64,000 nucleotides of DNA from an uncultured delta proteobacterium (GTDB lineage Bacteria; Desulfobacterota; BSN033; UBA1163): the NCBI GenBank assembly GCA_963827685.1, contig CAWHBU010000003.1:32001-96000 (forward strand), in the 5' to 3' direction. Within the stretch, counting starts at the first letter, position 1. The number at the start of each line of letters is the position of its first letter. Made by a program: the position numbers and the translations under genes. Positions 8,145 to 18,609 of the stretch are shown piece by piece. The notes beneath the pieces were generated by a model, which worked only from the letters and a program-made list of their open reading frames with translations, searched no databases and had not been told where the DNA came from.

Positions 8145-10490
8145 TTACTCCGAGGTTTCACCTGTGACGGTCTGAGGGTCGTGCTGGCAGGTATCATGCC
8201 CTCTCTGTTTAGAATCATACATCGCCTTATCAGCACGGCTCACCAGGGTATCGACATCCGCGCCGTCATCGGGGTAGATCGCAATCCCGATACTGGCGGT
8301 GATAAAGACTTCGTGGCCATCCGCGATAAAGGGCTGTCGGAGGACATCCTGAACCGTTTGAGAAATGGTGATAACATCCTCTACCTGATCGATATTTGCC
8401 AATAACAGCAAGAATTCATCCCCCCCCAAACGGGCGACCGTATCCGTTTTGCGCAGGAGATCTGTCAGTCGGGTGCCAACGGCATACAACAGCCTGTCTC
8501 CTACATCATGTCCCAGCGTATCATTAACTTCTTTGAACCGATCCAAGTCAAGGAATATCACAGCCAGTTTCTTGTGCACTCGCTGGGCTTGAGCCATCGC
8601 TACGCTGAAACGGTCTTTAAACAACATCCGGTTGGGCAGGCCGGTCAAAAGGTCGTGAGTGGCTTTGTAAGCAAGCTCCTCCTCCGTTCGCTTACGTTCG
8701 GTAACGTCCGACAACATCACAATGATCCTGCCGTCATCTAAGAAAGTCAGCTTGAACTCTATCTCCTTTACTTCCCCATCTTTGCAAAGAACACTCCAAA
8801 CCCTATCGACCGCTTTGCGAGGAGTAATATCCTCTTTCCACGTGGCAATTATCTTATGCCGGTATTCCGGGTCAGGAAAAGCATTACGGAACCATTCTCT
8901 CCCATTAGGAACATCCTTGATGGTATAACCGGTGATGGCGGTAAATTCAGGATTGACATAGAGAAACGTCTCATCCGTATTGATCAAGAGCGCACCATAG
9001 GGTTCCTTTTGCAAGATGGAGAAAAAGGTTTCCCGCTCCTGCTGTAATACTCTCTCAAACCGCTTGCGCTCGGTGATGTCCCGTACAATCCCTCTAAACC
9101 CTATCGGTTCACCGGACGAATCTTTTTGTAACACTATAGATTCCTCAACGTATCTTTTAGTCCCATCTTTCCTGATAATCTCATGATCAAACCCTCTGCC
9201 GGGTTTCCCTGTCCTGTAGACTTGATTAAAAGCCTGAAACAGTCTCTTAGCGTTCTCTGGATCTGTATACTGCCGGTTATTCATGCCCATCAATTCCTCT
9301 TTGGAGTACCCCAATAGTCGGCACATTGAATCGTTAAGAAAGGTAAAGTTACCGGCAAGGTCTGTTTCATAATAACCCTCTTCAATGCTCTCAAGAATGG
9401 TCCGATATTTCTCCTCACTTTGGCGCAGTGCTTCTTCTGCCCGCTTACGCTCAATAAAAAGCTGTGCATTGGCAATGGCACCGGCAATCTCATGACCCAC
9501 CTCTTCGGCAAGTCTCAGATCCTTCTCGCGATAAGCATTCGACTTCGTCGAGTGAAAATGAAGGGCTCCAACCACTTCATCTTTTGAGATCAATGGGATT
9601 GCCATCAGCGAACGAATTCCAGCTTGAAAAGACACTAAGAGTCCAGGGAACCTATCGGTTACCTTCTTCGGGTCTTCCGCCTGGATAACCATGCTCTTCC
9701 GAGTACGCACGGCCTCTCCTGCAAGGGTGCCAACTAAGGGGATGGCAGTCCCTTTCAAGCGGTCTTTTACATCCACTCCTGTAACATAGGCAACGGTAAC
9801 CGTTTCATCTTCATAATTGATGGTATTGATTGCGATCCTATCAAAAGGGATAAGTTTTTTTACTTCTTCGGCGAAGTGCTCGTATATCTCCTCTATGTTG
9901 AGCGTGGAGCTTACGATTCGCCCTATCTCAGCCATAATGGCATTCTCTTGAGCCAGCCGTTTTGCCGTTTCCTCACTCCGTCGCAGCGTCTCTTCCGCTT
10001 TCTTGCGCTCGGTGATGTCGCGTATAATTCCTCTAAACCCTATCGGTTTACCCGATGAATCTCTCATTATCGAAAAAGATGTCTCAACGTATCTTTGGGC
10101 CCCATCTTTTCGAATAATCTCATAATCAACTATTTTACCGGGTTCCCCTGTTTTGTAGGCTCGATTAAAATCCTGAAACAGTCTCCGGGCGGTCTCCTGA
10201 TCTGTAAACTGCCGGTTATTCATGCCCATCAATTCCTCTTTAGGGTACCCCCATATTCGACACATTGAATCATTGAGGAAGGTATAGTTACCGGCAAGGT
10301 CAACTTCGTAATAACCCTCTTGGATGTTTTCAAGGATGTTTCTATATTTCTCCTCACTCTGGCGCAGTGCTTCTTCCGCCTGGTTATGTTGGGTTTCTAA
10401 TTCTTCTAACTCAGCAATCTGTTGACGCAGTTCTACCACTTCATGGATGAGCTGATTTTTTGTTTTATCTTTCTCTTGCGTTCTATTCAT
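8145..10490 (-). CDS. PAS-GAF-PAS-PAS-GGDEF diguanylate cyclase
   Basis: HDLLTGLPNR, DLDRFKEVND, RxxD I-site (RKTD) before ARLGGDEF; repeated PAS-PAC units ending RDITERK. Confidence 0.95.
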   Translation of the reverse strand: MNRTQEKDKTKNQLIHEVVELRQQIAELEELETQHNQAEEALRQSEEKYRNILENIQEGYYEVDLAGNYTFLNDSMCRIWGYPKEELMGMNNRQFTDQETARRLFQDFNRAYKTGEPGKIVDYEIIRKDGAQRYVETSFSIMRDSSGKPIGFRGIIRDITERKKAEETLRRSEETAKRLAQENAIMAEIGRIVSSTLNIEEIYEHFAEEVKKLIPFDRIAINTINYEDETVTVAYVTGVDVKDRLKGTAIPLVGTLAGEAVRTRKSMVIQAEDPKKVTDRFPGLLVSFQAGIRSLMAIPLISKDEVVGALHFHSTKSNAYREKDLRLAEEVGHEIAGAIANAQLFIERKRAEEALRQSEEKYRTILESIEEGYYETDLAGNFTFLNDSMCRLLGYSKEELMGMNNRQYTDPENAKRLFQAFNQVYRTGKPGRGFDHEIIRKDGTKRYVEESIVLQKDSSGEPIGFRGIVRDITERKRFERVLQQERETFFSILQKEPYGALLINTDETFLYVNPEFTAITGYTIKDVPNGREWFRNAFPDPEYRHKIIATWKEDITPRKAVDRVWSVLCKDGEVKEIEFKLTFLDDGRIIVMLSDVTERKRTEEELAYKATHDLLTGLPNRMLFKDRFSVAMAQAQRVHKKLAVIFLDLDRFKEVNDTLGHDVGDRLLYAVGTRLTDLLRKTDTVARLGGDEFLLLLANIDQVEDVITISQTVQDVLRQPFIADGHEVFITASIGIAIYPDDGADVDTLVSRADKAMYDSKQRGHDTCQHDPQTVTGETSE

Positions 10491-10581
10491 ATAACCATGT
10501 AATGGATGTTCACTATTTTAATCCAACGGGTGCCTTCCCACAACACTCAGATGTCAAAATATATTTTTGTTATACAAATTA

Positions 10582-10699
10582 TGCAATTTTGGTGCCCCCC
10601 TAAAAATATATTGTTTTAATCAACTAACTATTTGAGTTAATAAGGATTTTTTGGTGTATCGAAACACAAGTGGCGGACGATAAATGACACTTTTTGTCA
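10582..10699 (-). promoter_or_regulatory. sigma54-type promoter (-24/-12) with upstream palindromic operator
   Basis: Minus strand GGCACCAAAATTGCA (GG-N10-GC) at 10582..10596; TGACA-N5-TGTCA at 10685..10699; duplicated at 13388..13505. Confidence 0.7.
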
Positions 10700-10965
10700 A
10701 TTCGGATTGTACTGGTATTTTGATCCCTGAGTGAGGGGTGCGAAAGGTTGATCCTCGGGCTCCCACGATTTGGCAGGAATGCTTCCAAAACGTTATCAAG
10801 TCGATAAGACCCGACCACGGGCGGATTGTTAAAATGGAATGGTTTAGTTCGGGTAAGAACCTACCAAGCATGCTCAAACAAGTCCGCAAGAGCAATGCTA
10901 AGGCAGCCCCATGACCTCGTGGAAGAAATCATATAATAAAGGCTTCTGGAGGTGGTACCCGAAAG

Positions 10966-13367
10966 TCAGTTTGAAGTTTCACTATCGATGGCCTGAGAGT
11001 AGCGCTGGTAGGTATCATGCCCACTCTGCTTAGCATTATACATTGCCTTGTCAGCACGGCTCACCAGGGTATCGACATCCACGCCGTCATCGGGGTAGAT
11101 CGCAATCCCGATACTGGTGCTGATAGAAACGTCATGGCCATCGAGGAAAAAGGGCTGTCGGAGGGCATATAGAACAGCTTGAGCAATGGTGACTGCGTCC
11201 TCCCCCTGATCTATATCAGGCAATAACAGCAAAAATTCATCCCCCCCCATACGAGCGACCGTATCGGTTTTGCGCACAAGGTCTGTTAATCGGTTGCCGA
11301 CGGCATTCAACAGCCCGTCTCCTGCATCATGGCCCAGCGTATCATTAACTTCTTTGAACCGATCCAAGTCAAGGAATATCACAGCCAGCTTCTTGTGCAC
11401 TCGCTGGGCTTGAGCCATCGCTACGCTGAAACGGTCTTTAAACAACATCCGGTTGGGCAGGCCGGTCAAAAGGTCGTGGGTGGCCTTGTAAGCAAGTTCC
11501 TCCTCCGTCCGCTTACGCTCGGTAACGTCGGACAACATCACAATGACCCTCCCATCATCTAAAAATGTCAGCTTGAACTCTATTTCCTTTACCTCCCCAT
11601 CCTTGCAAACAACACTCCAAACCCTATCAACCCCTTTGCGAGGAGTAGCATCCTCCTTCCATATGGCGATTATCTTATGCCGGTATTCCGGGTCAGGAAA
11701 AGCATTACGGAGCCATTCTCTCCCGGTAGGAACATCCTTTATGGTATAACCGGTGATGGCGGTAAATTCAGGATTGATATAGAGAAACGTGTCATCCGCA
11801 TCGATCAAGAGCGCACCATAGGGTTCTTTTTGCAAGATGGAGAAAAAGGTCTCCCGCTCCTGCTGTAATACTCTCTCAAACTGCTTGCGCTCGGTGATGT
11901 CCCGTGCAATCCCTCTAAACCCTATCGGGTTACCTGATGCATCTTTTCGTAACGATACAGATGTCTCAATGTATCTCTTGGTCCCATCTTTTCTTATAAT
12001 CTCATAATCATATCCTCTGTGAGGTTTCCCTGTCCTGTAGACTTGATTAAAACCTTGAAACAGTTTCTTAGCGTTCTCTCGGTCTGTATACTGCCGGTTA
12101 CTCATACCCATCAATTCCTCTTTGGGGTACCCAAATATTCGGCACATCGAGTCGTTGAAAAAGGTGAAGTTACCGGCAAGATCAACTTCGCAATAACCCT
12201 CTTCGATGCTTTCAAGAATGGTTCGATATTTCTCCTCACTTTGGCGTAGCGCCTCCTCGGCTTGCTTGCGCTCGGTGATGTCGTGAATGATGGAGTACAA
12301 TAGTTGTTTGCCACGCATGAAAAGCGGGCCACTGTTGACCTCGACGTCCCGGATCTGACCATTCGCCAGCCGATGCTGATAGTGAAAATGGTTTTGCTGC
12401 TCGGTCAGAGCACGTTGCATCTCGGTCTTGACCTCCTCGGCCGTCAGGGTGTTGATATCCGTCATCTTAAGCTTGAGGATCTTTTCATAGGGGTAGCCAT
12501 AGAAAACGCAGGCCCCTAAGTTGGCATCCACAATCGTCGCTGTTTCCGGATCGATCATCAGCATGGCCGCCTGATTCTTCTTAAACAGGCTGTGATAGCG
12601 TGCCTCGCTTTCGTGCAATTCTTTCTCAGCCCGCCGGAGCGCAGTGATGTCCTGCATCATGCCGATCATACGAATCGCTTTTCCCGGCCCACCGGTCATG
12701 AAATTTCCGCGGTCGTGGACCCAGCGATAGGCGCCGTCCTTATGAGGGAAGCGGTATTGCGCGTCAAAGGGTGTCAGATATTTTTCTGCAATCTTTAACA
12801 TCCGAAGGACCTTTTCCCGATCCTCCGGATGGATCATCTGCTCCCATTGGGCAATTCCTCCCCGCATCTCATCGGGGGAATATCCCAGTACCTGTTCGAG
12901 GCAGTCGCCCCACATCATGTCGCCCGTGCTGACATCGCACTCGTACGCGAGCTGTCCAGAGGCTGCAAACAGCAGCTCATAGCGGGTCTTCCAGGCGGCC
13001 ATCTCCTCTTCGGCTCTTTCGCGTCTTGTTCTGTGGACTTGATTAAGAGATTGAAACACTTTCTTTCCGTTCTCTTCATCCGTATATTGCCGGTCATTCA
13101 TGCCCATCAATGCCTCTCTTGGGTACCCATGGATTCGGCACATGGATCGTTGAAAAAGGGGAAGTTGCCCGCAAGGTCTACTTCGTAATAACCCTCTCCG
13201 ATGCTTTCAAGAACGGTTCGACATTTCTCCTCACTCTCCCACAACACCTGCTTAACCTGGTTGTCATAGGTTTCAAATTCTTCTAACTCACCAATCCGTT
13301 GACGCAGTGCTGTCAATTCACGGGTGAGCTGATCTTTTGTTTTTTCTCTATCTCTCATTCTATTCAC
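10966..13367 (-). pseudogene. multi-PAS GGDEF diguanylate cyclase, paralog of 8145..10490, with 1-bp frameshift near 13145
   Basis: N-terminal frame (...GNFPFFND) and frame 10966..13143 (MCRIHGYP) join as NDSMCRI if one base is restored; ARMGGDEF is intact; could also be expressed from 13143. Confidence 0.8.
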
Positions 13368-13387
13368 ATAAAGGTATATTTTTATCA

Positions 13388-13505
13388 TGCAATTTTGGTG
13401 CCCTCCTAAATTTATATTGTTTTAATGAACTAACTATTTAAATTAAAAAGGATTTTGGGGTGGATCAAAAACCACATAGCGGGCAACAAATGACACTTTT
13501 TGTCA
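13388..13505 (-). promoter_or_regulatory. second copy of sigma54-type promoter and TGACA-N5-TGTCA operator
   Basis: Identical GGCACCAAAATTGCA and TGACACTTTTTGTCA with the same 103-bp offset as in copy 1. Confidence 0.7.
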
Positions 13506-13661
13506 ATACGGATTGTGCAGGTATTCTTCATGATTCAAGGTCAGTTGGGACTCAGTGAGGTCTTTTCCTATTAATTCAACGCCAGTCCTTTCCCTTTTAC
13601 CTTTTGACCTTGAATTTTTAGGCTTAGTTATTAAATTTAAATAAGACAGGAGGTGTTAATA

Positions 13662-13781
13662 ATGAAAAAAGGTGATAAGAAAGCCAAAGCGAAAAAAACA
13701 AACACACCTGCTTTGTATGATTGCTGTTGGTATGAGCCTTCTTACAGTGATCTTTGCTGTGGTGGGGTTTGCTGTTGCTGA
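13662..13781 (+). CDS. 39-aa Lys-rich/Cys-rich peptide, absent from the ORF track
   Basis: Strong SD AGGAGGTG; MKKGDKKAKAKKTNTPALYDCCWYEPSYSDLCCGGVCCC-TGA. Confidence 0.65.
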   Translation: MKKGDKKAKAKKTNTPALYDCCWYEPSYSDLCCGGVCCC

Positions 13782-13911
13782 CAGGCAGTGAGAATAAAAT
13801 GGTTTCGGTATTTGGAGATAATGCTTTCACTTTCAATATTCTTTCGAGACCATGATTAGAGATCACGGACTTTGGCCTGACCAGGAATCTACATTGTTTA
13901 ACGGGTTCTGA

Positions 13912-14241
13912 CTACAGCCTTTCCATCTCAAAACTATATCGAGATGGATACTCTAAGATCCAGACGAAAGGCACGAGAAGAAAGATACCTCCTATCAAAG
14001 CCGGAATCGAAAGTTTTTCCCATTCGATATAGCCGTTGAAGTCTTTGTAACCCTCTTTTTTTAGAGTCACCGTCTTCACTGTCCCAGCCACTGCTTTATC
14101 TGTATAAAAATGAGGTGTTTCTCCCACGACCTTTCCGTCCACTTGTAACTTGGCCCCTGGCGGATTGGATTTTATTAAGGTCGTGCTTGCACACCCAATG
14201 AGAAAAAAGAACGCCATGGTTAATACAGTTGCCTTTCTCAT
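13912..14241 (-). CDS. PEGA-domain lipoprotein
   Basis: LIGC lipobox; IKSNPPGAKLQVDGKVVGETP...LKKEGY. Confidence 0.88.
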   Translation of the reverse strand: MRKATVLTMAFFFLIGCASTTLIKSNPPGAKLQVDGKVVGETPHFYTDKAVAGTVKTVTLKKEGYKDFNGYIEWEKLSIPALIGGIFLLVPFVWILEYPSRYSFEMERL

Positions 14242-14335
14242 TGTTCCTCCCCTTAAATAATATCTATTTTCATCCTTATCCCCCGGTTAAACCGATTTTC
14301 CGTCCGGATAGCTTGAAAGAGGATTTCCATTTTTT

Positions 14336-14368
14336 AGTGAAGCTCCCCTCCCACAGGGCGGGGCATTC
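14336..14368. repeat. IS200/IS605-end-like hairpin repeat
   Basis: Near-identical reverse complement of 1208..1239. Confidence 0.6.
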
Positions 14369-14504
14369 TGCAGCATTTTCGTAAAAGATTACTTGATTTG
14401 AATAAGCGGGTCAAGATGAATTTGAAGAGTGAAGAGCTAAAGTTTACGAAAAATATAATCATTTTAGGGAGGTCTGCGAAGGAACTAAATACCAAACAGG
14501 ATAT

Positions 14505-14536
14505 TAATAAAAAGGGGGGTACTTCTACCCCCCCTA
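14505..14536 (-). terminator. intrinsic terminator
   Basis: GGGGGGTA/TACCCCCC stem followed by a T-run on the minus strand, downstream of the 14581 stop. Confidence 0.7.
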
Positions 14537-14580
14537 AAACCTTTACGAACCCACTGACCTCTCTTTGATCAGAGAAAAGA

Positions 14581-15129
14581 TCACTTGCCTTTGAACTTGA
14601 CAATATATTTAGCTAAGGCCTCGCCATTTCTATCCATGGCGTATTCTACCGTATCATTGGCACCCGTAGAGGATGTCCTCAGATCGGTCTCATAGATGAC
14701 GTTGCCGCTTTCCTTGTCGATGAACTTGTAGTGGGCGGCGAAGTAAGCCGTACCGGTATGTTCTCCAAAGGGAACAAAGGACCGTCCTATACGCCTCCCC
14801 ACAGTAGGAGGGTTATACTCTTTGACCTCTCCCTTTATAATGAGCACTTTTCCCCCAGGCGGGGCCGCTTTACCCGCCTTCCCTCCTTCTTTAACGATTG
14901 TGTCAAAGAGGCTATATTTTTCATTATACCTCTTGATCTGGAAAACCGCCTTCTCAGCCATCTGCAAACCTGCCGACTCAGGTGCTGGCGAACCAGAAGG
15001 GACTTCAAGATCCTTAACGATCACTGCATTATAATCCTTGAGGATAGCCTCTGCCGCCATAATCGGGCTATTGGCTCCTAAAACCACTCCCAACACCAAA
15101 AAGATCGCAAAAAAATTCTTTACCTTCAT
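14581..15129 (-). CDS. exported protein, DUF4410-like
   Basis: SD GGAGG before MKVKNFF; signal peptide; LIIKGEVKEYNP...RRIG...FG pattern. Confidence 0.65.
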   Translation of the reverse strand: MKVKNFFAIFLVLGVVLGANSPIMAAEAILKDYNAVIVKDLEVPSGSPAPESAGLQMAEKAVFQIKRYNEKYSLFDTIVKEGGKAGKAAPPGGKVLIIKGEVKEYNPPTVGRRIGRSFVPFGEHTGTAYFAAHYKFIDKESGNVIYETDLRTSSTGANDTVEYAMDRNGEALAKYIVKFKGK

Positions 15130-15511
15130 AAATTTTCCTCCTTTGAGTGAATGATTACTAATTTTGTCCTTCTTTTTTAGTTCCGTCAATAGAATTCTTA
15201 ATTTTATTTTATCATATTTTCGGTGATTGATTTTCAATCCACTTGCCTTCTTCAAGAAAAATGTTTTGAATAGAAACCTTATTTTTTTCTCAGAGTTTAA
15301 GTAACTTTAACTTAACACATAAAATTGAAACATTAAAGGTTCATGGGATGGAAAAAGATCTGATAGCGGTATGACGCTGCCATCCACCCCGCCTCTATCA
15401 TCAACCGGACCCGTTCCTGGAAAATTGGAAAGTAGCAGGCCGGTTACAGGTCAGACAATGCTTTGACTCCTTTCGCACTTATCCATTTATGGCAGACGAC
15501 CTTAGAAAGTA

Positions 15512-15626
15512 GTCATTGCGAGGAGCGAAGCTCTGCACCGCATGGTGTAAAGGGGGAGCGATCCCGCCAAAGGCGGGACAATCCCATAAGATTGCTTCCT
15601 CCCGCAGGGCGGGATTCGCAATGACA
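15512..15626. repeat. palindromic element GTCATTGCGAGG...TCGCAATGAC with nested CCCGCC/GGCGGG hairpins
   Basis: Terminal inverted repeat GTCATTGCGA/TCGCAATGAC; internal CCCGCCAAAGGCGGG. Confidence 0.65.
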
Positions 15627-16390
15627 ATCTCAAAATGGAAATATACTTAAGTCGTTCACTATAGTTGCCCTAATTGCTCGTTCAGTTCATCCATCGTCCG
15701 CCGGATTTCGTCGGTCTGTCCATGGGCCTTGGACAGGAGGGACTCGATCGTAGCCAGCTCATCCTGAACATACTTCAAAGCTTGCTTCTTCATCTCCTCA
15801 ATAGCCTTATTGATCCGGTCTTCCCACTGGGCAGCGAGACGAGAAAGGTTTACCACCACGATGTTTGGAACCTGGTTTAAATAATGCCTCTCAAAGAGAC
15901 GTCGAAAAATAAACATGGGGATCAGGAACCAGAATAAATTGAGATGAAAATCAAAAGTCCGGCTTATTCTGATGTCCGGCTGATTGGGTTCGGTTACTTC
16001 GATCTTCCACTCTGTTTCTGCAAGTCGCAAGCCGAGCACTCTCTCTATGTTTTGGTTCAGAAGGGTCCTAAAAGCTTCCAGGGATCTGGAGAGACTGGCA
16101 TGGGCTTTTTTAAGAGTGCCCCAAAAATGCTTATGTTCAGTTTTTGACATATGACCGATCTCTTCGGCCAAGGTTTCCTTGAGCCAATTCTCATATTGGT
16201 CAGTAAGCTTCGAGAGATTCCCTTTCCACGAAGGCATCTCTTTGAGTAACATCTCCACCAACTTCTTCTTAAGATGAGGTTGATGAAATTTTCCCAGGTA
16301 ATTCTGGATGATCTCCCGGGTCTGTTGGGAATTTTCTCGAGTGATCAGGGTGATTTCCTGACGTATCAGCTCGTAATTCACTTTCTCATC

Positions 16391-17512
16391 TAGTATCTAA
16401 TTATATAAATAAGCGTACTTATTTTTAGGGTGAACTGATTTGACATAACGCTTGGTCCATTCAAACGGGGCTGCCTTTTCGTTATGGACGGAAATAAACT
16501 CATCGATCGCCTGGCGCAACTGTCGGACGCTTGTAAAGGAGGCGCCCCTCAAGGCATAGCGGCTCAGAAGACTGAACCAGATTTCGATCTGGTTCAGCCA
16601 GGAAGCATGTGTGGGCGTAAAATGAAAATGAACCTTCGGATGGCGTTTAATCCAATGATCCCTCTTCGGTCGATGAGTCTTCAAATTGTCCATAATCACA
16701 TGGATTTCCTCGTCCGGATGTTCGGCAACGATCTCGTTCATAAAATCCAGAAACTCCCGGCGACAACGGCGGCCGTAATGGCCCGCCTTCACTTGTCCCG
16801 TGGCCACATTCAAGGCTGCAAAGAGGGTACTCGTTCCATGCCGTCTATACTCATGGTTGGCTCCCGTCAGCGCCTTGCCATTGGGCAGTTTAAGCCACCC
16901 CTGAGCCCGTTCCAACGCCTGAATGGCTGGCTTCTCATCCATGCATACCACCATGGCGTTCTCAGGAGGATCCAGGTAAAGCCCAACAATATCAGCGGAC
17001 TTCCGTGCAAATTCAGGGTCCGTCGAAATACACCAACTGCGCCGTCTCTGAAGGCTAATCCCATACTTGCGCAACACCGCCCACACTTCATAATCCGGGA
17101 TGCTCGTCCTCTCCCCCAGAAGCCTTCCGTTCCACTGGGCATATCCCTTCGGAGGAGCTTCATCGATCTTGCGCAGAATTGTGTGTTCGGTCTCTGCGGT
17201 GTACTTACGTGGCTGCCCGGGGCGCGGTTCATCAAGCAAACCTGCCAACCCTTCTCTGACGAAACGGCTACGCCATTTGCAAACGCGTGCAACACGAGTC
17301 CTCAGCCTTTTGGCAATCTCCGTGTTACTCTGCCCTTCAGCACCCCAGAGAATAATTTGCGCCCTCTCCGCCATACGCTTGGGAGTGGTATGGGTTCGAA
17401 CCAATCGATCCAACTCAGCCCGTTGCTCGGGCTCCAACGTGATTTCTTTTGCTTTCCTGCTCATAATACAGGAAAGTTAGCATATTACGCTTATTATGTC
17501 AAGTAGATACTA
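16391..17512 (-). mobile_element. IS630-family insertion sequence
   Basis: TA at 16391-92 and 17511-12 within CTAG; imperfect IRs TAGTATCTA...ATAAGCGTA at both ends. Confidence 0.95.
16397..17464 (-). CDS. IS630 transposase
   Basis: HTH N-terminus; CMDEK, IMDN, HFTPTHASWLNQIEIWF DDE motifs. Confidence 0.95.
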   Translation of the reverse strand: MSRKAKEITLEPEQRAELDRLVRTHTTPKRMAERAQIILWGAEGQSNTEIAKRLRTRVARVCKWRSRFVREGLAGLLDEPRPGQPRKYTAETEHTILRKIDEAPPKGYAQWNGRLLGERTSIPDYEVWAVLRKYGISLQRRRSWCISTDPEFARKSADIVGLYLDPPENAMVVCMDEKPAIQALERAQGWLKLPNGKALTGANHEYRRHGTSTLFAALNVATGQVKAGHYGRRCRREFLDFMNEIVAEHPDEEIHVIMDNLKTHRPKRDHWIKRHPKVHFHFTPTHASWLNQIEIWFSLLSRYALRGASFTSVRQLRQAIDEFISVHNEKAAPFEWTKRYVKSVHPKNKYAYLYN

Positions 17513-18480
17513 GAATCTGCTTCCGGAGCTGCTCCCGGTCGCTGTCCGCCTGCAGGGATGTCTTTAATGCAATCTCTAAGTAACCCAGGCAGCCCTTGCC
17601 GATTGACCGGATCTTGTGTAGCAAGATGTTTTCAAACTCCTCTTCCCGGTGAGTGGAGAGCGGTCGAAAGACCTCGTTCTCCAGCCTTTGTTTCCATTGT
17701 TCGGTGTCCAACCGAGTTGAGTAAAGGAAAATGGGAAATTCCTCATGAAGCTCTTTTCGGAGTGCGGTTTGGAAAAAATGGAGTACTTCTTTTTGTTGTT
17801 CAGGGGAGAGGAGGTCGGTCTTGGTCAGGAGGAGAACAATCTTGGGGGTATGCTTCCGTAAATCGCGGATGAGTTGCAAGTCGTTTTCCGCCAGAGGGCG
17901 ATCCGAACTGATAGCCAGCAAAGCGGCGCCCACCTCCGGAAGCCAGTTTTCGGAGGTCTCCATGTGATATTTAAAGATACTCCCCAGACCTGGTGTGTCT
18001 ACGAACCGCAATCCGCTGTACTTTTCTAAGGAAGGGAGTTCTACATCGACCACTTCCACATTCTTTTGGTTGGCAGGATTTTTGGCCTCCGAGGTAAATT
18101 CTTCAATCGCTCCAATATCCACTTCGGTGTGCTGGCCGTCAAAATGACGCACAATGGCTCTTTCTCCTTTCCCATATTGCACACGGGTGATCGTGGTAGT
18201 AACGGGGATGACCCCGACTGGCAGAATATGTTCTCCGATTAGGCTGTTTAGGAAAGAACTTTTCCCGGACTTAAATTCCCCGAGGATAGCTACATCTATC
18301 AGTTGATCTTGTTGAAGAAGATTTTCGCAGGCTTCGATCTGGCGGTTCAGGGAGACGATATGAAACTGATCGCAGATCTCCTGAATTCGGGACAGCAGAG
18401 CTTGATAGGTATGTGTGAAAGAATCAAGGGGTGCATCTTTTGTCGCTAAGTTCATAAAAAAACTCCTTCAGGTTCTCCCT

Positions 18481-18528
18481 GCAGGAGTCATCAGCCTCAA
18501 CGGCGGTTATTGGGTGAACTCCATCACC
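18481..18528 (-). promoter_or_regulatory. fluoride (crcB-class) riboswitch upstream of the dynamin-like gene
   Basis: GGUGAUGGAGUUCACC-CAAUAACC-GCCGUUGAGGC-UGAUGACUCCUGC; P1, P2 and pseudoknot GGAGU/ACUCC; downstream terminator overlaps the SD. Confidence 0.92.
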
Positions 18529-18609
18529 TTTTTAATCCATATTAACAATCTCTAAGAACTTGTGTCAAGTTTTTACAGTGTTTTCACGGTATATCACTTT
18601 CTTACTGCC

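Larger units (their letters stand above)
15659..18455 (-). pseudogene. bacterial dynamin-like GTPase (about 558 aa) interrupted by IS630
   Basis: G1 GEFKSGKSS, G2 PVT, G3 DTPG, G4 TKTD; removing the IS restores ...RKQIL-DEKVNYELIR... in frame. Confidence 0.9.

Noticed and set aside
15348-15512. Short ORF with in-frame TGA (V-stop-RCH) as a possible selenopeptide
   Set aside because: No clear SD, SECIS or recognisable homology.
16484-17506. 340-aa plus-strand ORF inside the first IS630
   Set aside because: Antisense shadow of the transposase.
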